Notes under the pieces: generated by a model | Database searches by the model: none | The model's input: only the letters and a program-made list of their open reading frames with translations | Told to the model about the DNA's origin: nothing | DNA from: Vitrella brassicaformis CCMP3155 | Lineage: Eukaryota; Protista; Chromerida | Direction: 5' to 3' | Assembly: GCA_001179505.1 (NCBI GenBank) | Contig: CDMY01000496.1 | Span: 1,179 to 65,178, forward strand | Length of the DNA: 64,000 nucleotides | Shown here: positions 49,822-61,100 of the stretch, piece by piece | Position numbering within the stretch: the stretch's first letter is position 1 | Layout of the letters: each line of letters starts with the position of its first letter | Position numbers and translations under genes: made by a program

Positions 49822-52190
49822 ATGCCGAACACTCAGAGCTCATCGTGGAGCAGCTGGGAGGTGCCCGCCAGGCCAGTGCCTGAGGACCTCAAGCACCTGC
49901 ACCAGCTTTATGGCGACTCGGCCTTCGGCAAGACGCTCGCCAAGTGGGCCCAGGAGATACCTGACGCGGCTGCCATCACGTGGCTCAACGGTGATGGGGA
50001 GCCGGCCGAGGTGTTCACATACAGCGAGCTCTTCAGCAAGGTGCAGCGGCTCGGCGCCTATCTCACCGAGGATCTGGGATTGGAGATGGGTGACCGGGTG
50101 ATCCTGTGCTATCCGCCCGGCGCGGACTTCATCCTCGCCTTCCTCGCATGCCTTTACACGGGCATCGTTGCGGTGCCTGTGTATCCCCCCGCCCCCAACA
50201 CCACCAACATCGATGTGCCGCGCTTCTGCGACATCGCCGAGAACGCTGGGGTGCGCTATTCGCTCACCAACACCGCCTACCAGAAGATAGCCCTGGTCGT
50301 GGGCACGCTCAGCAAGGACAGCAGGTGGAGATCTATCGAGTGGATACTCACCAGCGACGCATTCAAGAGGACGGGTGCCGACAAGGGTGGTGACGAGCAC
50401 GAGACCGTCTACACCCCCCCGTGCATCGGCCTGAGCGACATCGCGTTGCTGCAGTTCACGTCGGGGTCCACATCGACGCCCAAGGGCGTGATGGTGACGC
50501 ACGGCTCGCTGCTGCACAACGTCCACTGCTGCATCACGGCCTACGGCTGGGACAGCAAGATCGACGACCCCACCATCCCCAACATCACAGCGACGGGGCA
50601 GCCCTACAGTAGGATGCGCGAGATAATGATGCAGCGTCACGAGATCAGCAACCGGGTGCGGGGTCACCGCATGCGGTGCTTCTCGTGGCTTCCCGTCTAC
50701 CACGACATGGGGCTCATCGGATTCCTCTGCACGCCCCTCTTCTTTGGATTTGAAGCTGTCCAGATGTCGCCGCTCGACTTCGTCATGAAGCCGCACCTGT
50801 GGCTACAAGGTGCCTGCACAAATCCCGAGCCGACCACCGAGTGATGCTCATGTGGTGTTTGTGTGTGGTTTTATTCTCATGGAATAGGCATGAGCCGATA
50901 CAAGGCTGGCGCGTGCGCGGTCCCAAATTTTGCCTTCGAGTTGGTGACGCGCAAGATGCCCGACAGCGTGTTTGAGGAGCTGGACCTCAGTCACGTGTCC
51001 GGCTTCCTGTGCGGGGCAGAGCCAATCAGAGGGGCCATTGTAGATAAATTCGTCAAGGTGCGTGTGTGCGCGTGAGTGGGTGCAGGCGGCCAATGATGAA
51101 TGAAAGAGAACACGATGGCTGTCTGTTTGTGTCTGTGTTGTTGTCCATTCAGAAATTCGCGAGGAAGGGTGTGACTCGCAGCAAGGTTCTGCCAGCGTAT
51201 GGGTTGGCCGAGAACACCCTGTGCGTGTCGGCCCGCAAAGACATTGACAGCGAGCCGTTCATCATCAGTGTCAACGCCGAGAAATTGAGAAACCAAGTAC
51301 AAGAACAAACACATAGCAGACATCCGTTGCACACATCTGCGTGCGTGTGGCCAGGGTGTGGTTGAGTTGGTGGATGAAGCTGACATGGATGGCAGTCATG
51401 AGGGCGAGTACCAGCGGCTCGTCGGATGTGGCGTACCCCTCTCTGGAATAGACGGTACACACACCACTGACCGACGATATCGATCACGAGATAGGCATAG
51501 TTGTACCGCCTGCTTCGTTCAGTTCGCATTGTTGACTCCGAAGCGATGAAGGAGCTGCCGGAGGGCCAATGTGGTGAGGTGTGGGTCATGTCTGGCAGCA
51601 CGGCCCGCGGCTATTTCAACCAGCCCGACGAGGCGCAGGAGTCGTTCCACGGGCAGTGCATCTACCTGACAGGCGACAAGTCGGAGCCCTTGTACCTGCG
51701 GACAGGTGACATGGGCTTTTTCTACAAGGGAGAGCTCTTCATCGCCGGGCGCATCGAGGACATGATCATCGTCAATGGTCGCAACTTCTTCCCGCAGGTC
51801 ATCGAGGAGGCCGCAGAGAGCTGCGAGTCGGTCCGCAAGGGGTGCGTGGCGGCCTTCTCGCTGGAGGTGGATGATCAGGAGCGGCTGGGGCTGGCGGTCG
51901 AAATCAAGATGGAGGAGGGGAGCGGCTTTTCGATGATCTGGGGACGGCTGTCGCAGCTGCGGCAGGCGTTCACCAGCACGGAGTACAAGGCGATTAGTCG
52001 CGAGATATGCAAGGTCGTCTCGGTCAAGATCGGACTTCCCGTCTTCCACATATGGCTGCTCAGACCAAGAACCATTCCAAAGACGACAGCAGGTACATGT
52101 ATGTGACATACACACATGCCGACGGAGAATGTCACATTCATCTATTGTTGTCCATCTTTCTTCCCTGTCAGGCAAGGTTCGGCGCTCCAA
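49822..52190 (+). other. PKS loading fatty acyl-AMP ligase (FAAL) domain
   Basis: LLQFTSGSTSTPKGVMVTH, WLPVYHDMGLIG, PNFAFEL, CGAEPI, AYGLAENT, FAAL-type insertion ISVNAEKLRNQGVVELV, LRTGDMGF and IPKTTAGK. Confidence 0.9.
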
Positions 52191-55100
52191 GACGCGTGAG
52201 GTTCTCCTTGACAACAAGGACCTGGCAGGTCTCATCTGGGATGAGGTCGTGGGGGAACCCGATGCGGACAAGAAGGAGGTGTCCGCAGCTGCTCGAGAGA
52301 GGCCGCCCGTCGCTCCCTTTGCGACACGAAAGGCAGCACGGCACGGCGACGGGAAGGACAAGGGCCTTTCAGTCGCACAGAGGAGGGTCCAGTCTGCAGT
52401 GATGGCGTCGGCGGGCAAGATCTTGGACACCGACGTATGCGACTTCGACACGCCCCTGCACAAGCTGGGTGTCGACTCCATCAGGGCGCTGGAGTTCGCC
52501 GAGGACGTGTCGAGGGAGCTGTCAATGACTCTCGAGCCGGCGTTCGTCTTCAACCAGCCAACTATGAATGACATCATCGACTTCCTTGTCGGGGAGCTCG
52601 AGGGCCGGGCCGCCGAGGAGCCCGCCAAGGAAGCCACACTCGCGAGCGGCATCCGGGCAGACGAGCCGATCGCCATCGCTGGGGCGGCGTGTCGGCTGCC
52701 CGGCGGAGTGACAACCCTTGCATCCTTCTGGGAGCTGCTTAGCACCCGCCGTGATGCGATAGTGGAGGTGCCGCTGACCCGCTGGAACATCGACGAGGTC
52801 TATGACGCCGACCGTGACATGGATGGCAAGATGTACATCAGAGAGGGAGGCTTCATCGACGACGCAGAGATGTTCGACAACGCCTTCTTCAACATCGGCC
52901 CCGCTGAGGTCAGCTGCATGGACCCCCAGCAGCGGCTGATGCTTGAAGTGGGCTACGAGGCCTTCCACAGCGCGGGCCTCAGCCGCGAGAAGCTCATTGG
53001 TCAGGACATGGCCGTGCTCATCGGGTGCTGCTCCTTTGACTGGTACGACGTATACAACCAGACTGGCCTCAGCGTGAGCAGCTACAGCGCGACCGGAGTC
53101 GCCGCATCAATCCTCTCCAACCGCATCTCCTACATCCTCGGTCTCAAGGGCCCCTCCATGACCATCGACACGGCATGCTCATCTTCATTGGTGGCCATGG
53201 ACGTGGCGGTCAAGGACATGCGCATGGGGGTGTGCCGCGGTGCCCTGGTGGGAGGCGTCAACATGATGCTCAATTCACAAGTCACGGTGGCGTTGTGCAA
53301 GGCACGCATGATGGCGCCAGACGCCAGATGCAAGACGTTTGACGCCAAGGCCAACGGCTACGTGAGGGGCGAGGGTGGGGTTGCTATCATCCTCAAACAA
53401 CTCTCAGACGCATCACCCGACCTGGTCGGCGTGTTGGCCTGTCTGAGAGGCACAGCTGTCAACCACGGAGGGAAGACAGCCAGCCTGACAGCGCCAAGCG
53501 GTCCAGCCCAGCAGCAGGTCATCAGGTCGGCGCTGCACCAGGCCGGCCTCCAGCCATCATCAATCGACTTCGTGGAGTCGCACGGCTCGGGCACGTCACT
53601 TGGCGATCCAATCGAGGTGAATGCGATCAAGGCCGTGTTCGCCGGCGGGCGAGACTCGAAACTCCCTCTCCTGCTGGGCGCCCTCAAGACCAACATCGGG
53701 CATCTGGAGGGAGCCGCGGGTATTGCGGGGGTCCTAAAGGCCGTACTCGTGCTGCAGATGAAGCAGGCGCCCCCCAATCTCCACTTCAACTCACTCAACC
53801 TGTACATCGACACCGAGGGCTTCCCGGTGGTCTTCCCCACCGAGCCCGTGCCGCTCGTCTCTGGCCTGCCCGCCAAGGACCGCATGGTCGGCGGCGTCAG
53901 CTCCTTCGGCTTCGGGGGCACGAGTGCACATGTCATCCTCGAGGAGGTGCCACTAGGTCTGACTCGCCAGTCCGAGGCTATCATGGAGCTGACCAAGTCA
54001 GGTGTCAGCCTCACGATCGAGACGTGCCTCGCCAAGCTCAAGGGCACTCACCAGTGGAACCACCGGAGCTTTCCGTGGGTCGAGGCGGCCCATCCTGCGC
54101 TCGGTCGCCGGCACACGACCCCGACCGGCCTGACCTTCGAAGCCACCCTGCGACAAGACCTCAAGGCGCTCATCCAGGACCACGTCGTCCTCGGTCAGAC
54201 ACACACACCTCCTTGCTGCTTGAAAAACACATCATGTGGCTGGCTGTGTTTCTATGTCTTGATTTGTACACAGGCGTGCCTCTGATGCCCGGCGCAGGGT
54301 TCATTGACATTATGGCCGGTGCAGGCCTGGCGGCTGCGCAGGCGGAGAGGGGCGCCAAGACGTCATCGGCGGAGGAGCTGGTACATCTGGAGGAGGTGTC
54401 GTTCGAGCGGCCGCTCATGCTGGCCAAAGCTGACGACAAACAGCCTGAGCTGGCGAAGATGCCCACCCTCCGTGTCACCGTCGAGAAGCAGGCGACCACC
54501 GATACCGACGCTGCCATGCCCCCCATGGCCGTCGAGATCTCCACACGGGCGCCAGGCGAGGAGGACTTCGTGCCGCATGCCACCGCCCGTTTGGTGAAGG
54601 TCGCGGGTGCGGGGGACGGCGAGAGAGACCTGGTGGAGGATCTCACGGCCCTCAAACACCGGTGCAACAAGGTCGCCCCAGTTACAGACTTCTACACGCA
54701 GCTCAAGGAGATCGGTGTGGCGTACGGTCCGAGGTTCCAGACGGTGAGGGAGCTGTTGGTGTCGGACGACCAGGCTCTGGCCCTGCTCAAGCTCGACCCG
54801 CCCATCAAGCCATTCGAGGGAGGCTTCCGGCTGCATCCCGCCATCCTAGACGGTGCGCTGCAGTCAGCCGCTGCGGTACTCGCGGCCGATCAGTCCGGCA
54901 AGGGGAATACCAAGGCACTTCTGGTGCCNNNNNNNNNNNNNNNNNNNNNNNNNNNNNNNNNNNNNNNNNNNNNNNNNNNNNNNNNNNNNNNNNNNNNNNN
55001 NNNNNNNNNNNNNNNNNNNNNNNNNNNNNNNNNNNNNNNNNNNNNNNNNNNNNNNNNNNNNNNNNNNNNNNNNNNNNNNNNNNNNNNNNNNNNNNNNNNN

Positions 55101-58100
55101 NNNNNNNNNNNNNNNNNNNNNNNNNNNNNNNNNNNNNNNNNNNNNNNNNNNNNNNNNNNNNNNNNNNNNNNNNNNNNNNNNNNNNNNNNNNNNNNNNNNN
55201 NNNNNNNNNNNNNNNNNNNNNNNNNNNNCGCGCCTAGTGTCAAGGAAGATATCGACACGTTGCTCGCGGAGGGACGAGGGGAGACGGTCATGTGTCTGCT
55301 TGGACTGAGCTCGGACGTTGATGCGCAGCACGTTCTCCTCGGGGCCATGCAAGTGGCAGCAGCCCTCATTGGCGGCGACTCGGGCTCGCAACACAACAGC
55401 GGTGCCCTCTTCTTCACGTCCAGCATCCACAGGATGCACGCCCGTGATCCCGTCGAGGGGCGACCGGTCCATGCGGGCATCTGGGGCATGCTGCGAACCG
55501 CGAGGCTCGAGCTCACAAATCAGAGGCTCGAGCGGCAGGATGCAGCTCGCCTCGTGACTGTGGATTTGGACGGACCAAGCTCGGCAAGATGGGAGGACCA
55601 GCTGCTCGGCGTCGCGGCCAACTCATCACGGCTCAGAACTGAGGAAGAGACGGAAATTGCCGTGCGCGCCGACGTTATCTACGCGCATCGACTGATTAAG
55701 AGCTCCCTTGTGGCGCGAGGGCCCGTTGAGCTGGAGCTGTCCGGGAGAGGATCGCTGAAGAGCATGATGAAGTTGCGCGCTCAAGAGCCTGAGGATCGGA
55801 GAGAGCTCGCGCCTGGAGAGATGGAGATCCGCGTGAGGGCTGCGGGACTCAACTTCCGGGACCTTCTTCTGGTGCTAGGCGCTTGTGCAGCTGCTGAAAG
55901 AGTGTGGGTCGATGCCGGAGGGGAGTGCAGTGGGACCGTCACGCGTGTGAACGGCGATCCATCTGATGCCGTGTTCAAAGTGGGGGATGAGGTGTATGGC
56001 GTAGTCAGTGGGTGCCTCAAGACCTACGTCACGACCAGAGCCGCTGGGCCAGTGGTCCTGAAGCCGCCCAACATATCCTTCGGTGCAGCTGCTGGGCTGC
56101 CGCTTATCGTCGGCACGGTGGAGGTCTGCCTTCGAGACATCGCACACGTGAAAGCTGGCGACCGTGTGCTGATCCACGCTGCGACAGGTGGAGTTGGATT
56201 GACCGCCGTGCAGCACTGCATCAGGGCAGGAGCCATCGTCTACGCGACGGCCGGCAGCGACCGCAAGAGGACTCTCCTGCGACATCTAGGCGTCCAGTAC
56301 ACCACAAGCTCAAGAGACCCGCATCGCTTCCAGTCGCACATGCAATCGTTCCTGGGAAACGAAGATCGGCTGGATGTCGTCTTGAACTGCCTCAGCGGTC
56401 ACTTCATCGGCTTCTCTTTGGCGCTACTGCGTCCCGGTGGATGGTTCGTCGAGATCGGCAGGCGAGGCATCTGGAGCCGGGAGAAGATGGCTGAAGAGCG
56501 CGCCGACGTCAACTACGAAGCTATTGCTCTCGACGTCATGATCCGTGACGACCCTGTGTGGTTCCGCGGCATGCTGACCCGCATCAACTGCATGGTCGCG
56601 ACGGACCAGCTCACCCCTCCTCCCCTTCACGCCTTCGATCTCAGCGACGAGCACGAAGGGGGCTCAGCAGCGTTCACCTTCATGCGGCGAGCGCTCCACA
56701 TCGGCAAGATTGTCCTCACCGTGCCCTCTGCTCCGGGGCTCGAGGTGATCGCGGCACGAACGACGGAGAAGCGTTCACGGAGCTGCCCTTATGCGTACGT
56801 GATCACTGGCGGTCTTGGCGGCCTTGGTCTCGTGGTGGCTGCATGGCTGATCGAGCATGGGGCCAGGAGCATCATCCTTGCATCGCGACGAGGCCAACCT
56901 ACTCAGGAGATGCAGGAGAGCAAAGAATGGCAGCGGCTCACGACCGTCATGCGGAGGGCCGAAGCGACGGAGGGGTCGTCCATCACTCTGCGCGCAGCCA
57001 AGTGTGACGTGAGCTCCATCGAGGACTGCCGCGCCCTGATCACGCAAGTCCAAGAGGAGGGACTGGTGCCCAAGGCGATCCTGCATGCTGCTGGCACATT
57101 GAGTGACGCAGGCATCGGCAATCAGACGCTCGAGACCATAGCGGATGTCTACGGCCCCAAAGTCCAGGGCGCCTGGGCCTTCCACGACCTACTCATTGAG
57201 AGCGGCGTGCAGGCCGACACCTTCCTGGTCTTCTCGTCCATTGCTGGNNNNNNNNNNNNNNNNNNNNNNNNNNNNNNNNNNNNNNNNNNNNNNNNNNNNN
57301 NNNNNNNNNNNNNNNNNNNNNNNNNNNNNNNNNNNNNNNNNNNNNNNNNNNNNNNNNNNNNNNNNNNNNNNNNNNNNNNNNNNNNNNNNNNNNNNNNNNN
57401 NNNNNNNNNNNNNNNNNNNNNNNNNNNNNNNNNNNNNNNNNNNNNNNNNNNNNNNNNNNNNNNNNNNNNNNNNNNNNNNNNNNNNNNNNNNNNNNNNNNN
57501 NNNNNNNNNNNNNNNNNNNNNNNNNNNNNNNNNNNNNNNNNNNNNNNGCTGGTCTGCTGGGCAACTTCGGCCAATCGAACCATGCAGCAGCAAACGCATG
57601 CCTCGACGCTCTGGTGACATACCGACGATCCCAGGGCCTCGCGGGCTCCAGCATCCAGTGGGGCGCCTGGACAGAGCAAGGCAAGGCGGCACAGCTCGTC
57701 ACTCAACGACAGCTCGAGAAGATGGGCTTCGCTGCCGTCACCAATGACATCGGCCTTCGGAGCCTCTGGGCCGTCCAGGCTCACATCGCAACCATCGACG
57801 TCATCGGCTGCCAGCCCATTCGTTTCGAGACCTACTTCCGTGTCATCCCCCGCACGCCCTTCTTCTCCCGTTTGGAGGTCAAGGAAGCCAGGTCTAAGGC
57901 TGGCGGACCTTTCTTGGCTCGCACAGCTCTTTGTGAAGAGGGCTGGGCCCCGTTGGAGGATCCCGTCAGCCGCGAGGCAATGAGAACGGCTCTGGACAGT
58001 GTGGGGGTCCTGCTCACTCACGGGGCCGCGGAGCTGTATGATGCTCTTCGGCAAGAGGAAGGCCTCAAGCATGTGGAAGTGTGTTCGAGCGTGGAGGCAC

Positions 58101-61100
58101 TGGCAAATGCAGCGAGGCGTCTCCGTGACACACCAGGAGGGGTCGTTCTAGTGCATCGATGTCGTGATCATGCGGAGGATGCAGCGCATCAGAGGGAGCA
58201 GCTTTGCGCTTCTATGAAGGCGCTGAGGTCTTCGGGTCCTGATATGCCTGTGGGGGTTCTCGTGTTGGTCGATAAGCCTGATGGTGATGAGCCCTCTTAC
58301 GACAGCTTCCTCTCATTCAAGAGTCTCGAGGGCGGTGATGATGCCGCAAAGTGCACCATCCGGTCGCTGGATTTCATCGGGACGCCTCCATCCCTCGCAG
58401 CGACTGCCTCAGTGACGTGCACGGTCATCAGCATGATGGTCTCGAAGACGCAAGACGGACCCGCTGGGTCCGAAGTGCCATGGGCCTATCGGGACGGCAT
58501 GCTGTTGGCACCACGTGAGTATCGGACATTGAGGGACATCCCTCTGTCCATCGACCTGTTCCCAGCTGCCCTCCTGTCGGACACAAGGACATCCTCAGGC
58601 ACGGGAGTGCACGTCAAGTGGGCAAACGATTGGCAGGTGGCACACAGCAGCACACCAGCTTCCTCACCATCCGCGCACCAAGTGGTGATGTGCATCCATG
58701 CACTGGCCCTTCCGCCCTCGGCACAAGACGCCGATGATCGCCTGGCTGGTCCCTTGGCATGCGGCGGCATTGTTGCGGAGGTCGGAGATGCCGTTTCACA
58801 GCTGAAAGTGGGCGACACGGCGGCTGGCTGGCTTGAGGATGCTGCACAACAGGTCAGAGCGGACAGGGCCGTCACGGATGCACGCCTTCTGAAGCGCATC
58901 GATACCACTGAGACGCCGCCAGAGGGCAGCTGGACACTCGTCGGGCATCTCGAAGCATCAAGGCGGAATCTCGGGGCCCAGGCGGCTGTAGGCGAGAATG
59001 GGCTTCGCATGCTGCTTGACAGTGTCACCGCAGATGGTCGGGTGACGGTTTGTGAAGAGGACGTGGAAGACACTTTCCGCCTGTCAGATTCCCTGGGGAA
59101 GCAGCGAGCGGACAGTGACGAGATTCTTGTCCTTCGAATCGGTCGAGGTGCTCCCGCTGGTGCTGTGGACGGCTCATCACCTCCACTGTCCCTGAGTGAG
59201 CACCTGTCCGCCTCTATTCAGCGTGCGATGGAGTCGGATGAAGCACGGCAGTGGGCTGATGGAATTGTGCAAGTTGAGGAGGCCTGTCGTGCATACTGTG
59301 AGTCGGCCATCAAGGCTGTCCGAGAAGCTGATGTGGTCCATCCACATCACCGCAAGGCGTATCGAAGCCTCGTCGACGCTCTGCGGGGCTCAGATCGGNN
59401 NNNNNNNNNNNNNNNNNNNNNNNNNNNNNNNNNNNNNNNNNNNNNNNNNNNNNNNNNNNNNNNNNNNNNNNNNNNNNNNNNNNNNNNNNNNNNNNNNNNN
59501 NNNNNNNNNNNNNNNNNNNNNNNNNNNNNNNNNNNNNNNNNNNNNNNNNNNNNNNNNNNNNNNNNNNNNNNNNNNNNNNNNNNNNNNNNNNNNNNNNNNN
59601 NNNNNNNNNNNNNNNNNNNNNNNNNNNNNNNNNNNNNNNNNNNNNNNNNNNNNNNNNNNNNNNNNNNNNNNNNNNNNNNNNNNNNNNNNNNNNNNNNNGG
59701 CATGGGCCTATCGGGACGGCATGCTGTTGGCACCACGTGAGTGTCGGACATTGAGGGACATCCCTCTGTCCATCGACCTGTTCCCAGCTGCCCTCCTGTC
59801 GGACACAAGGACATCCTCAGGCAAGGGAGTGCACGTCAAGTGGGCAAACGATTGGCAGGTGGCACACAGCAGCACACCAGCTTCCTCACCATCAGCGCAC
59901 CAAGTGGTGATGTGCATCCATGCACTGGCCCTTCCGCCCTCGGCACAAGACGCCGATGATCGCCTGGCTGGTCCCTTGGCATGCGGCGGCATTGTTGCGG
60001 AGGTCGGAGATGCCGTTTCACACCTGAAAGTGGGCGACACGGCGGCTGGCTGGCTTGAGGATGCTGCACAACAGGTCAGAGCGGACAGGGCCGTCACGGA
60101 TGCACGCCTTCTGAAGCGCATCGATACCACTGAGACGCCGCCAGAGGGCAGCTGGACACTCGTCGGCCATCTCGAAGCATCAAGGCGGAATCTCGCGGAC
60201 CAGGCGGCTGCAGGCGAGAATGGGCTTCGCATGCTGCTTGACAGTGTCACCGCAAATGGTCGGGTGACAGTTTGTGAAGAGGACGTGGAAGACACTTTCC
60301 GCCTGTCAGATTCCCTGGGGAAGCAGCGAGCGGACAGTGACGAGATTCTTGTCCTTCGAATCGGTCGAGGTGCTCCCGCTGGTGCTGTGGACGGCTCATC
60401 ACCTGCACTGTCCCTGAGTGAGCACCTGTCCGCCTCTATTCAGCGTGCGATGGAGTCGGATGAAGCACGGCAGTGGGCTGATGGAATTGTGCAAGTTGAG
60501 GAGGCCTGTCGTGCATACTGTGAGTCGGCCATCAAGGCTGTCCGAGAAACTGATGTGGTCCATCCGCATCACCGCAAGGCGTATCGAAGCCTCGTCGACA
60601 CTCTGCGGGGCTCAGATCGGGACGCTTCCACACGGAGTCCGAAGTTCTCTCTCGAGAGCGCTCCGCAGCAAGTGTCTCACGAGGCCAGCCTCGCGCAAGC
60701 TTGCAGCTCTCACCTGATCGACGTCCTGAAGGGTGCCGTCGATCCACTGGAGCTCATCTTCCCTGAAGGATCCATGGACTTCGCGACCGCCATGTACCAA
60801 GACACCATCCCATCACAGTTCAGCAACGGTGTGGTCATGGAGGTCGTCGACGCAATATGCAGACATCGGCTGTCAAGTGCCACCGCACAGCGAGTGCACA
60901 TCTGCGAGGTGGGCGCTGGCACTGGTGGCACGACCTCTTGCGTCCTGCCCAAGCTCGATGCCAGCCGGACGACCTACTTCTTCACTGATATAAGCGAGTA
61001 CTTCCTGCGCAACGCTGCCAAGCGGTTCGTCGACTACCCCAACGTTGACTACTGCCTGTTCGACGTCGAGAGGGATCCCCGTCACAGCGGCCTTGCGACA

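Noticed and set aside
49840-52790. Long minus-strand ORFs 49840..50796 and 51519..52790
   Set aside because: Antisense shadows of the high-GC3 FAAL/ACP/KS coding strand, with no motifs of their own.
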